Of a stretch of DNA of 64,000 nt, positions 37,773 through 47,006 are shown piece by piece. The notes beneath the pieces were generated by a model. That model searched no databases, was not told where the DNA came from, and worked only from the letters and a program-made list of their open reading frames with translations. The position numbers and the translations under genes are program-made. Position 1 is the stretch's first letter, and the number at the start of each line of letters is the position of its first letter. The stretch comes from Planctomycetota bacterium (GTDB lineage: Bacteria; Planctomycetota; SZUA-567; H5-PLA8): positions 32,001 to 96,000 of the forward strand of contig JBBRPR010000022.1 in NCBI GenBank assembly GCA_038227875.1, written 5' to 3'.

Positions 37773-37853
37773 GAATTGGCTACGCGGTAACGCCTTTACT
37801 GCCAGGCGTTCACCGAGACATCGGCAGAATAATACCCTTCGATGGACTGCAAT

Positions 37854-38297
37854 ATGCGCTTCAAATTCCGACTGATCCGATTGCTCGAACTGCGCGACGC
37901 CGAAGTCGATCGCTGCGAAAAGGCGCTGGGTGTTGCAATTCAGGCGACGCAGGCTGCGACGATGGATATGCACCGCAATCAGCGTGAACAGCGCGAGTTG
38001 GATCGAGCCTGGGCAGAAGCGATGAAGACCTCGATCACGGGCGCCACCCTCATGGATTTCAATAACGAACGCCTGAAATTGTTCGCCGATTCGCAAATGC
38101 TCAACGACGCGCTGCTGAAATGCCGCCAGCAGGAAGATGTCTGCAAGAAGGAGCTCGAACGCGCAATGGCCAAGCAGAAGTCGCTCCAAAAACTGGAGGC
38201 TCGCGCGCGGTTGAAGCACGAAGCGGCCGAACGACTGCACGAACAGAATCAATTGGATGAGTTTTGCGTCACCAGCACAGCGAGGAAGAGCGAATGA
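37854..38297 (+). CDS. fliJ: Export protein FliJ
   Basis: MRFKFRLIRLLELR N-terminus, coiled coil, EQNQLDE C-terminus; follows fliI. Confidence 0.88.
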   Translation: MRFKFRLIRLLELRDAEVDRCEKALGVAIQATQAATMDMHRNQREQRELDRAWAEAMKTSITGATLMDFNNERLKLFADSQMLNDALLKCRQQEDVCKKELERAMAKQKSLQKLEARARLKHEAAERLHEQNQLDEFCVTSTARKSE

Positions 38298-38956
38298 GAC
38301 ACGGTTCTGGAAAAGCAATGGCGGTGGTGCTCTTCATCGTCGGAATTGCCGTCGGCCTGGCCATCGCCGTGGTTCCACGCGTGATGGGCAAGGACCTGTT
38401 CAAATCAATGGTGCCCGCGGAAGCTGCCGTCGCCACGAATCCCGATGAGAAGACCGAAGACAAAGCGGACGACAAAGATAAGTCGAAAAGCGGCGCCGCA
38501 CCCATGGTACATCCGAAGGAAGTGGAACTGCGCCGCATGATCGCCGACGTCTCCAAGCAGCGCGCGGCGCTCGACGAACGCGAAAAGCCGCTCGCTGTGC
38601 GCGAAGCCAAGATCAAGCAGGAACTCACCGCGCTGGAAGAATTGAAGAAGCAGATTGAAGACAACGAAGGCAAATTCAAGAAGGACATCGTCGAAGTCAA
38701 GACCGACGAAATCAAAAACACAAAGAAGCTGGCCAAGATCTGGTCGCAGATGGAACCCAGCGAAGTCGCCAAGATTGCCTCGGGGATGGACGTCGAACTG
38801 GTCGCCAAGATTCTTGGCGCGATGACCGAACGCCAGGCGGCGACGATCATGGGCTCGCTCACCGCGCTGCCCGATGCAGGCAAGCTCGCACCGGAACTGA
38901 TCGTGAAACTTAAGCAGATGAAGGTGGCCGCGCCGCCCGTCACGGAGGCCAACTGA
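38294..38956 (+). CDS. MotE/YlxF/FlbB-like flagellar protein (TM + coiled coil + MgtE_N-like)
   Basis: KKLAKIWSQMEPSEVAKI...ILGAMTERQAATIM; position between fliJ and fliK. Confidence 0.8.
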   Translation: MRHGSGKAMAVVLFIVGIAVGLAIAVVPRVMGKDLFKSMVPAEAAVATNPDEKTEDKADDKDKSKSGAAPMVHPKEVELRRMIADVSKQRAALDEREKPLAVREAKIKQELTALEELKKQIEDNEGKFKKDIVEVKTDEIKNTKKLAKIWSQMEPSEVAKIASGMDVELVAKILGAMTERQAATIMGSLTALPDAGKLAPELIVKLKQMKVAAPPVTEAN

Positions 38957-40995
38957 TGTCTACCGTCTCGACCAGTTCCACGGGTACGCCACCGCTCAGT
39001 GGCAGTCCGGTTCCCGCCTCTCCCGTCCCGGCCAATCCGAGCGATGGCGCACCGGCGCAGTCATTCAGCGACGTGCTGAACTCCATGCCAAATTCCGCGC
39101 CAACCTTGGCCGCGCCTGTCGCATCAACGGCGCCCGCTCCAGTGGCACCGCAAACGAACGGGCAGTCCGCCAAGTCTTTCAACTCCACGGCAGCGGCTGC
39201 CTCCAATACGACTGCAAACGAAACGGCCTCTTCCACGCGTTCTGATTATGTAGAGCCGAATGACATCTCGACGTTGCCTGACTCCGCGGCGAATGGTACC
39301 GACCTGGCGGCCTTGCCTGCCGCGTCCACCGTTTCTCCAGACGAAGACAACGCGAATCTGCAGGCGTCGGTTCCGGTAAATTCCAATGGAAGAATCACGC
39401 TATCCGCGGCCGACGCCAGGGCCGCGAATGCAAAAATCCTGCGCGCGCTGGCACTCACGAACGCGCCCGCTCCGCTACTCATCAATCCTCTTGCCGTCGC
39501 TTCGGATTCCAATGCGCAAAGCGCGCCCGTAACGGCGGCGGTTCCACAGGACAACAGCAAAAACAGCGACGATGATGCGCAGGCTGCCACGGATTCGCCA
39601 TCCACTTCCGAGCAGGTTCAAGCGCAACCGGTCGCGGTGCCGCCTCCCATGCAAGTATGTATTCCGCCGATCCCGGCGCCTGTCCAGGCCAGCTTCACTC
39701 CAACCACGAACACAAACACGGATGGGGAGAGTGACGCAGCTTCCGGAGAGCGCACACCCATCACCGCGTCATCCACATTTAACGCCAGCACCCAGCCTAC
39801 GCGCATCATGGTCAACGCCGCCACTGTGCGCGATCGGTATGCACAGACGGATTCAACGCCACACTCCAGCGACGCAGCTGCGCCAGATCAGGCCGCGAGC
39901 ACGCAGCTTGATCCGTTGCGAAACCTGTTGGATACCATGACTCCCGTCGATGCTGCGCCAGTCGCTCCTGCGTCCGATACCACGCTCTACAGTCAGAATG
40001 ACGCAGCGTCCATCGTTCCGGCGGACACGTTCACAATACGGACGACGACAACAGCCACCGCTGGCCAGAGTACGAAAGCCGGCGCCAAATCGAGCACTGT
40101 GGAGAATGCGTCGAATTCCACGGTGGTGGCTCATTCGAACACGCTCGCGAGTGCTCCCTCTATCATCCAAACCGCAGCGCAGTCGGCGGCACTGTCGAAC
40201 GACACGGTTTCAACGTCGAATGCGAGCGCCGCAGCGGCCACGATAGCAGCCGTCAGCACCGATACTCAAAACGCCCGCGGTACCAGCGAAACAGGTTCGA
40301 ATTTCCCAAAGAATTCCGCTCAACCCGCGTCGTTTTCGAACGATCAGTTCAATGTCGCCGCGCCCGTTGCTCCGGCCCTGTCCGCCGGATCGACCGACGC
40401 GAATGCAAACAATGCCGACACCGCGTTTGGCCACGACCGGCAAGCGTCTTCAGCTTCACAGCTCGACTCCGACGCGCCCGCAAGCGGCCCTGCCGCCAAT
40501 GGGTCGAAGGCTGAAACTTTTGCAGCGAATGCATTTTCTGCAGTCGCGCCCGGTGGCTATTGGACGGAAAAAACTCCGGATGCCGCGCCTGCGAAAACCT
40601 CCGAAGTTTTCAATCAAGTTCTCGACGTTCTTCCAAAGCCTTTGCAGGCAACGACCATAACGATCAAGCCGGAAGGCTATGGCGCGATCACCATCCGCGT
40701 AACCCCTCAGCCGCTGGACACCGCGTCGCCGTGGCGAATTTCCATTCGCACCTCCGATGCTTCGGCGCACGCCTTGCTTTCACAGAATGTTGCCGAACTT
40801 CGGCAAAATTTAAAAGGCGATCCTGCGCATGTGTTTGGATCGCTGAAACCGGCGCTGCAGGCCAGCGCCACTCAGGAAACGCCAATGCGCCAGGACAGTC
40901 AGAATTCAAAGGGCGGACAACGGCAGGATTTTGAGCAACGGCAGCGCAACAGGTCCCGCGGATTCGTCTTCGAATTACCGGAACTGGACGCGTAA
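38956..40995 (+). CDS. fliK: Hook-length control protein FliK (long, 679 aa)
   Basis: A/S/T/P-rich disordered body; C-terminal ITIKPEGYGAITIRV...LLSQNVAELRQNL; directly before flgD. Confidence 0.82.
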   Translation: MSTVSTSSTGTPPLSGSPVPASPVPANPSDGAPAQSFSDVLNSMPNSAPTLAAPVASTAPAPVAPQTNGQSAKSFNSTAAAASNTTANETASSTRSDYVEPNDISTLPDSAANGTDLAALPAASTVSPDEDNANLQASVPVNSNGRITLSAADARAANAKILRALALTNAPAPLLINPLAVASDSNAQSAPVTAAVPQDNSKNSDDDAQAATDSPSTSEQVQAQPVAVPPPMQVCIPPIPAPVQASFTPTTNTNTDGESDAASGERTPITASSTFNASTQPTRIMVNAATVRDRYAQTDSTPHSSDAAAPDQAASTQLDPLRNLLDTMTPVDAAPVAPASDTTLYSQNDAASIVPADTFTIRTTTTATAGQSTKAGAKSSTVENASNSTVVAHSNTLASAPSIIQTAAQSAALSNDTVSTSNASAAAATIAAVSTDTQNARGTSETGSNFPKNSAQPASFSNDQFNVAAPVAPALSAGSTDANANNADTAFGHDRQASSASQLDSDAPASGPAANGSKAETFAANAFSAVAPGGYWTEKTPDAAPAKTSEVFNQVLDVLPKPLQATTITIKPEGYGAITIRVTPQPLDTASPWRISIRTSDASAHALLSQNVAELRQNLKGDPAHVFGSLKPALQASATQETPMRQDSQNSKGGQRQDFEQRQRNRSRGFVFELPELDA

Positions 40996-41004
40996 GGAGC
41001 GATC

Positions 41005-41436
41005 ATGACGACCACTAACGCACTCGGCAGCACTTCGACTTCCAGTGTGGCCAACACGGCCTCGAACCTGTCCAAGAGCATGAATGCCGACACGTTCATG
41101 AAGATGTTCACCACCGAACTGGCCAACCAGAATCCGATGAGCCCCATGGACACGGCGCAGTTTCTCAATCAGTTCTCGCAGATTACCCAGGTTCAGTCGG
41201 TCACAGAATTGACCCAATCCATGGGTAAATTCCAGAACATCATGTCGTCACTGCTCAATTCGAGCAACGCCAACCAGGGCGTCGGACTTCTGGGAAAGAC
41301 CGTGAATTTCACCGACCCGAATGGCCAGCCGGCCTCAGGACTGGTGAGCGCGATGGCGATCGCGCCGGATGGCAGCGTCAAACTCAATGTCAACGGCGCC
41401 GCCGTTGATCTGACTTCCGTCACCCAGGTGAACTGA
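41005..41436 (+). CDS. flgD: Hook capping protein FlgD
   Basis: FMKMFTTELANQNPMSPMDTAQFLNQFSQ, LLGKTV. Confidence 0.93.
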   Translation: MTTTNALGSTSTSSVANTASNLSKSMNADTFMKMFTTELANQNPMSPMDTAQFLNQFSQITQVQSVTELTQSMGKFQNIMSSLLNSSNANQGVGLLGKTVNFTDPNGQPASGLVSAMAIAPDGSVKLNVNGAAVDLTSVTQVN

Positions 41437-41493
41437 CCACGCATTCGTCAACCGCGCCATTCCGGCGCCCGTTCGGAATAGGAGAAGAACAGC

Positions 41494-42402
41494 ATGTCCA
41501 TTGAATCGATGTATACCGCGGTTTCCTCGCTGCAGGCGCATCAGCAGTACCTCAGCGTGGTCGCGAACAATCTGGCCAATGTGGATACGATCGGATTCAA
41601 GGACAGCCGCGTGCTGTTCTCCGACGCCATCTCGCAGACGCTGCAGCAGCCCACCGCGTCGTCGGGCCTGAACCCCGGCGGCAATGGCTCGCAGATCGGC
41701 CTGGGTGTCGGCCTGAGCAGCATTACGCCGCTGTTCACGCAGGGCTCCTTGATGTCGACGGGCGTGCCCACCGATCTGGCGATCAGCGGCAAAGGCTTCT
41801 TCGTGGTGAAGGATCCGACCGTCGCTCCGGCCAGCACGTACTACACGCGCGCCGGCGCGCTTAATCTGCAGAATTCCTCCGTCGCCGGCATCCAGGGCTA
41901 TCTCGTCACGCCCACGGGCCAGCGCGTACAGGGTGCGGTCATCACCGCGCCGGCCACGGCCGCCGCCAATGGTGCCGCGCTCGCCGATGTCACCATCCCG
42001 ACGACGGCCGGCGGTCCTCCGGCGCTCAACGTTACTGACTACAACATCGATTCGTCAGGCCGCGTCAATCTGCTTCTCTCGGACGGCAGCAATGTGCCGT
42101 GGATGCAGATCGGTCTGCAGAATTTCCAGAATCCCGAAGCGCTCCTGAAGGTCGGCCAGAACTTGTACCAGGCTTCGCTGGCCTCCGGCGCGCTGTTCAC
42201 CGGCGGCGGCACCGATGTCTTCCAGACTCCGGGCACCAGCGGCACGGGCAATCTCCGCTCCGGCTATCTCGAACAGTCCAACGTCGACCTGGGTACCGAG
42301 TTCTCGAATATGATCCAGGCCGAGCGCGGACTGCAGGCCAGCGCCCGAGTCATCACGACTTCTGACGAAGTAATGCAAGAGCTCATTAACCTCAAGCATT
42401 AG
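41494..42402 (+). CDS. flgE: Hook protein FlgE (short form, 302 aa)
   Basis: VVANNLANVDTIGFK, TDLAISGKGFF, YYTRAG, LEQSNVDL; follows flgD. Confidence 0.9.
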   Translation: MSIESMYTAVSSLQAHQQYLSVVANNLANVDTIGFKDSRVLFSDAISQTLQQPTASSGLNPGGNGSQIGLGVGLSSITPLFTQGSLMSTGVPTDLAISGKGFFVVKDPTVAPASTYYTRAGALNLQNSSVAGIQGYLVTPTGQRVQGAVITAPATAAANGAALADVTIPTTAGGPPALNVTDYNIDSSGRVNLLLSDGSNVPWMQIGLQNFQNPEALLKVGQNLYQASLASGALFTGGGTDVFQTPGTSGTGNLRSGYLEQSNVDLGTEFSNMIQAERGLQASARVITTSDEVMQELINLKH

Positions 42403-42412
42403 CGTCCGATTA
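42386..42412 (+). promoter_or_regulatory. Sigma28-type promoter for motAB
   Basis: TTAA-N15-TCCGATTA overlapping the flgE stop; same geometry as the flgM site. Confidence 0.55.
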
Positions 42413-42503
42413 GCTAGTTAGACAGTGCTTCTGTTTGAGCAGCGCGCTCCGGCGCTGCTCCGCGTGGACTCGTGTACCTGTTCGACATCAGGAGCTGACC
42501 GCT

Positions 42504-43355
42504 GTGGTGCTTCCGGGACTCATAGTCGTCTTTGGTGCGATGATCGGCGGCTTTCTCATGGCCGGCGGCAATCCCCTTGGACTGATCCAACCCGCCGAGT
42601 TCATTACGATTGGCGGCATGGCGTTTGGTTCCATGGTCATTTCCACGCCCATGAAGATCCTCAAGCAGTGCTTTGCCAAGCTGCTGGGTTCGTTCAAAGG
42701 CGGTCACATCTCTAAACAACTGTACATGGACCTGCTCGTGATGATGTTCAAGCTCTTTTCCCTCGCCCGCAAGAACGGACTGCTGGCGCTGGAACCGCAC
42801 ATTTCGGAACCGGACAAGAGCGACATCATCTCCAAGTACCCCAAGATTTCGCACAACAAGATTCTGATCGAAATGATCACCGAAGTCCTCCGCCTGGTCG
42901 TCGACGGCAGTGCGCAGCCTGAGGAAATCGACAAGCTGATGGACGAGAGCATCGAAACGTTCGAAGCCGAAGGCCACATGCCCGTCGGCGCGTTGCAGAG
43001 CGTCGCGGACGGACTCCCGGGCATCGGGATCGTCGGCGCGGTGCTGGGCATCATCATCACCATGGGACATATCGATGGCAAGCCGGAAGAAGTCGGTCAT
43101 CACGTTGCTTGCGCGCTGGTCGGAACGTTTCTCGGCGTTTTCTGTGCTTACGGCGTACTGAGCCCCATGATCGCCAACATCTCCCAGGCCGAATCGGAAG
43201 AAGCCAAGTGCCTGGTCGTGATCAAGACCGCGATCACCGCCTACGTCAACGGCTCAAGTCCCGCCGTGGCGATTGAATTCGCACGCCGCGCCGCCTTCAG
43301 CTTCGACCGCCCGACCGCCGCGGAAGTGGACAAGGCCTGCAAGAGTGAAGGCTGA
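42504..43355 (+). CDS. motA: Stator protein MotA
   Basis: QPAEFITIGG, ARKNGLLALE, LPGIGIVGAVLG, ALVGTFLG; GTG start after AGGAG (approximate). Confidence 0.95.
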   Translation: MVLPGLIVVFGAMIGGFLMAGGNPLGLIQPAEFITIGGMAFGSMVISTPMKILKQCFAKLLGSFKGGHISKQLYMDLLVMMFKLFSLARKNGLLALEPHISEPDKSDIISKYPKISHNKILIEMITEVLRLVVDGSAQPEEIDKLMDESIETFEAEGHMPVGALQSVADGLPGIGIVGAVLGIIITMGHIDGKPEEVGHHVACALVGTFLGVFCAYGVLSPMIANISQAESEEAKCLVVIKTAITAYVNGSSPAVAIEFARRAAFSFDRPTAAEVDKACKSEG

Positions 43356-43437
43356 GTTTGAAATGATGAATTCTGATCGACGAATGTGCAATGCAACGCC
43401 ATCTGAAAATTGAAAACTGTCCGTAAAGGACGCTGTC

Positions 43438-44358
43438 ATGAGTGAAGAAGGCGCAGTCAACGAACGCCCGATTATCATAATCAAGAAAAAGAAGAAGGGT
43501 CACGCTCATCACGGCGGCGCGTGGAAGGTGGCGTTCGCCGATTTCATGACCGCGATGTTCGCGCTGTTTCTGGTGCTATGGATCCTCTCGCAAAGCCAGG
43601 AAGTCAAGGCTGCCGTTGCCAGCTACTTCCGTCATCCCACCGACTACGAAGGCAAGCCCGACGCCGATTTCCACGGCAACAACGGCCTGATGGAAAACCG
43701 TCAGGGCCGGCTGGATCACATTCCCAACGTACTTCAGATTGAAGGCAAGCAAGGTTCGGAAGGCGCCGGCCAGTCGCCTGAATCCGTCGCTGGAGGCACC
43801 GCTCCTGCCACAGCGGAAGCCGGCTTACGCCCGGAGATTGTCGAACGCGTCGAAGAACAGGAAAAAGATGAGACTCGTTCGTTCCTCAAGATCGCCGACG
43901 ACTTGTGGATGGTGCTGGGCATGGACGGCTCGTTCAAGCGCTTCAAAGACAACGTCCTGATCGAAGCGATCGAAGACGGCCTCGTGATCCAGCTCGTCGA
44001 CCAGCCTCGCGCGCCGCTGTTCGAAGAAGGCAGCACCGACTTCAAGCCCGCGATCAAGCGCGCCCTCTCGATCCTGGCCAAGGAACTTTCGAAGTATCCA
44101 AACAAGCTCGAGATCGACGGACACGCCACCGAAATGTCCAACGCGTACGATTCACGCAAAAAGTGGCTGGCCAGCAGTCTCCTCGCCGATCTGGCCCGCG
44201 GTGAATTGGAATTGCAGGGATTGAAAGCCAACCAGATCACCAAGGTCTCCGGCTGCGCCGACATGCGCCCGCTGAATCCCCAGTCTCCCTCCGACCCCGT
44301 CAACCGCCGCATTTCGATTCTGGTCCGCCCGCGTCAGTGGCGTCCCGAGCGATACTGA
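43438..44358 (+). CDS. motB: Stator protein MotB with degenerate OmpA-like domain
   Basis: HHGGAWKVAFADFMTAMFALF (ion-binding Asp kept), C-terminal IDGH...NRRISI. Confidence 0.95.
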   Translation: MSEEGAVNERPIIIIKKKKKGHAHHGGAWKVAFADFMTAMFALFLVLWILSQSQEVKAAVASYFRHPTDYEGKPDADFHGNNGLMENRQGRLDHIPNVLQIEGKQGSEGAGQSPESVAGGTAPATAEAGLRPEIVERVEEQEKDETRSFLKIADDLWMVLGMDGSFKRFKDNVLIEAIEDGLVIQLVDQPRAPLFEEGSTDFKPAIKRALSILAKELSKYPNKLEIDGHATEMSNAYDSRKKWLASSLLADLARGELELQGLKANQITKVSGCADMRPLNPQSPSDPVNRRISILVRPRQWRPERY

Positions 44359-44361
44359 AAG

Positions 44362-44464
44362 AGGCAGAAGTCAAAAGGCACTCAGCAGGAGCTAGATCGC
44401 GATGCATTCCGTGATCACGTCTAGGCGAAACTGCCTTCCGCCAACTGCTTTCTGCCTTCTGCTT
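44362..44464. repeat. Inverted degenerate heptamer arrays
   Basis: AGGCAGA AGTCAAA AGGCACT ... ACTGCCT TCCGCCA ACTGCTT TCTGCCT TCTGCTT. Confidence 0.6.
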
Positions 44465-44467
44465 AAT

Positions 44468-44482
44468 TGGAACGCCTCTTGC
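44468..44482 (+). promoter_or_regulatory. Sigma54 -24/-12 promoter for fliLMN
   Basis: TGGAACGCCTCTTGC. Confidence 0.75.
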
Positions 44483-44532
44483 GATAGGACTTTCATGCAA
44501 TCGGAATCCGGCAAAAAAGTGAGGATACTTCC

Positions 44533-45051
44533 GTGAGCGCCACTGAACAAGCTGCACCAGAGCAAGCTTCAGCACATGGAGCCCCTGCGAAACCAAAGTC
44601 CAAGATCATGCTGATGGGAATCGGTGGCGTCGTTTTCGGCGCGCTGGGACTCGGCGGGTACATGATGTTCTTCAAAGGTTCGGCCCATCAGCCGCCGCCG
44701 CAGGAGAAGACCGCGACACCCGTCGCCGCTGGCGAAGAAAAGCGCGCCAAGGCGCAAGTCATCACTCTGAAGCCGATCGTCGTCAACTTGCGTAACAGCA
44801 AAGGGACGCGGTACTTGAAGGTCACCGTGGCGATGGAAACCACCTCGAAAGAGGCGGCCGAAGAGTTGGGCACTTTAAGCCCGCAGATCAGCGACCTCTT
44901 CGTCGACAAGCTCAGCAACGTAGAAATCACGGACGTGGACAACTCCGCCGGCCGCAACCGGTTGAAGCGAGAATTGCTCTCGGGCATCAACGAACTCCTT
45001 GAAAAGGGTTCGATCAACACCATCTACTTCACCGAGTTTGTCATTCAGTAG
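44533..45051 (+). CDS. fliL: Basal body-associated protein FliL
   Basis: Single TM, IVVNL...RYLKV, IYFTEFVIQ. Confidence 0.93.
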   Translation: MSATEQAAPEQASAHGAPAKPKSKIMLMGIGGVVFGALGLGGYMMFFKGSAHQPPPQEKTATPVAAGEEKRAKAQVITLKPIVVNLRNSKGTRYLKVTVAMETTSKEAAEELGTLSPQISDLFVDKLSNVEITDVDNSAGRNRLKRELLSGINELLEKGSINTIYFTEFVIQ

Positions 45052-45067
45052 GAGCGGACGAGAAGCG

Positions 45068-46051
45068 ATGGCCAACCTGCTTTCTCAAAACGAAGTCGAT
45101 ACGCTGATGCAGGCCATCTCGTCGGGCACTGTTCCGGCGACCGAAGACAAGGCCAAGCAGCCCGTAAAAGTCCGCCGCGACGCCAAGCTCTACGACTTCC
45201 GCCATCCCGTCATGTTCCTCAAGGATCAGCTGCGCACACTGCAGATGATCCACGAGTCCTTCGCCCGCAACTTTTCCAATTCGCTGGCCTCGTACCTGCG
45301 CATGGGTGTGAAAGCCAAGTGCACCGGCGTCGACCAGATTTCCTACGGCGAATTCGCGCTCTCGCTGCCAGACCCCTGTACGATCGTGAACACCCGCTTC
45401 CATCCGTCCGAAGGCCGCACGCTGCTGGCGATTCATCCGGCCGTGGGCATCGGCGTAATCGATCGCGTCATGGGTGGAACTGGCGCGGGCGGATCGCTCA
45501 ACAGGCCGTTTACGGAAATCGAACAGACCATCATCGATGAACTCGTCAACATGACGCTCCGCGACCTGGAACCGGCGTGGAACCGCATCTTGAAAGTCTC
45601 CTTCACCGCGGAAGCCACTGAACAGAGCACGCAGTTCATCCAGATCGCCAACATGGAAGACACCGTCGTCTCCGCGACGCTGGAAGTGAACTTCGCCGAG
45701 ACCAGCGGCATCGTCAGTCTCTGCTATCCGTTCCGTTCGCTGAACACCGTTGCCGAACGTTTGAACGCCAAGCATTGGGTTGAAGAAGAACAGAAGGCAC
45801 AGGCCGCCAAGAGCAAGACCGCCGGCATGGCCTCGATCAGTCAGATTCCGCTGCAAATGGCTGCGAACCTTGGTGTTGCGCACATCACCATGCACGACTT
45901 AATGCAACTGAAGAAGGGCGACGTGCTGCTGTTGAACCGCGAGATCGATCAACCGATTGAATTGGAAGTCGGCGGCAAGGTCCGTTTCACGGGACGACTG
46001 GGTGCGCGCCACGGTCATACCGCCGTACAGATTGAACAACGCTCGATGTGA
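45068..46051 (+). CDS. fliM: Motor switch protein FliM
   Basis: LLSQNEVDTL CheY-binding peptide, LYDFRHP, MGGTG, FTEIEQ, C-terminal SpoA domain. Confidence 0.96.
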   Translation: MANLLSQNEVDTLMQAISSGTVPATEDKAKQPVKVRRDAKLYDFRHPVMFLKDQLRTLQMIHESFARNFSNSLASYLRMGVKAKCTGVDQISYGEFALSLPDPCTIVNTRFHPSEGRTLLAIHPAVGIGVIDRVMGGTGAGGSLNRPFTEIEQTIIDELVNMTLRDLEPAWNRILKVSFTAEATEQSTQFIQIANMEDTVVSATLEVNFAETSGIVSLCYPFRSLNTVAERLNAKHWVEEEQKAQAAKSKTAGMASISQIPLQMAANLGVAHITMHDLMQLKKGDVLLLNREIDQPIELEVGGKVRFTGRLGARHGHTAVQIEQRSM

Positions 46052-46077
46052 TTTGGAAGACTTAAGGGAGAAGAACC

Positions 46078-46827
46078 ATGGGTAATGCCGTCGCCACCGA
46101 TACGCTCAAAGCTCTGATCGTCGACCCCGACGAGAAGCGCGCGACCACGCTTGTAGATGCACTGAAGAACTGCGGCTATTCGCCCGTCACCGCCGAGGAC
46201 GAAATGTCCGCGCGCATGTTGGTGGACTCCGAGAAATTCGACGTCGTGCTCTGTTACGACAAAGTCGCCAACGGCACGGTGATGGAGGTTTTAAAGAGCC
46301 TCCACGAAGCCAATCCGGATCTGCCGGTGATCGTGTTGAGCGACGATCCCAAATCACCGCTCATCGCCGATGCCATTAAGGCAGGCGCCATTGACTCTTA
46401 TGCGACGTCGGAAAATTTAGCAGCGCTTTACCCCAAGCTGGCGGCGATTCAGGCTCAGCAGGAAGCGAAACACGAACATGCACATGCGCCTGCCCCCGCT
46501 GCGCCCGCCACGACGATTCATCCTGTCCGGTTGCCCCAATTGGGTGAAAGCGCCGCCAAGAACGAACCGGCCAACGTCGACCTAATCATGGATGTGCCCG
46601 TGGCCGTGAATGCGATCCTGGGCAACACCACGATGCGGATTTCCGAGCTGCTCCAGCTCGGGCCCGGAAGCGTCATCGAACTCGATAAACGCGCCGGCGA
46701 ACCCGTCGATATCTTCGTGAACGACAAGCTCATCGCCTTTGGTGAAGTCGTGGTCGTAAACGAAACTTTTGGCGTGCGAATTACAGAAGTGATCGACCCC
46801 AAGCAGCGCATCCAAGCGCTCGCCTAA
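46078..46827 (+). CDS. fliN: FliN with N-terminal pseudo-receiver domain
   Basis: C-terminal IMDVPVAV...LGPGSVIELDKRAGEPVDIFVN...GEVVVVNETFGVRI; N-terminal ~120 aa follow the REC pattern. Confidence 0.92.
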   Translation: MGNAVATDTLKALIVDPDEKRATTLVDALKNCGYSPVTAEDEMSARMLVDSEKFDVVLCYDKVANGTVMEVLKSLHEANPDLPVIVLSDDPKSPLIADAIKAGAIDSYATSENLAALYPKLAAIQAQQEAKHEHAHAPAPAAPATTIHPVRLPQLGESAAKNEPANVDLIMDVPVAVNAILGNTTMRISELLQLGPGSVIELDKRAGEPVDIFVNDKLIAFGEVVVVNETFGVRITEVIDPKQRIQALA

Positions 46828-46954
46828 TTCCTACGTTGTTCAGTTAATTCTATGAAGCTTCAAGTGTTAGGTATTGACCTTCGCGTCGAATATCCCTGCT
46901 GATTTCTCAAATGCAAAATTTGCCGACGGGAGAGCTAAAACTCTCCCGTCGAGC

Positions 46955-46969
46955 TGGCCTTCGGCTTGC
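46955..46969 (+). promoter_or_regulatory. Sigma54 -24/-12 promoter for fliO onward
   Basis: TGGCCTTCGGCTTGC. Confidence 0.7.
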
Positions 46970-47006
46970 ATCCTTCGGACATATCGGTTCATCCGGAGAA
47001 ATGTTT

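Noticed and set aside
46078..46827. Calling this gene fliY
   Set aside because: No CheC-type E-x2-N phosphatase motifs and too short; the N-terminus follows a receiver pattern
46828..47006. c-di-GMP (GEMM) riboswitch upstream of fliO
   Set aside because: Only one hairpin; the two-stem GNRA tetraloop/receptor pattern was not found by eye. An Infernal scan with RF01051 would settle it
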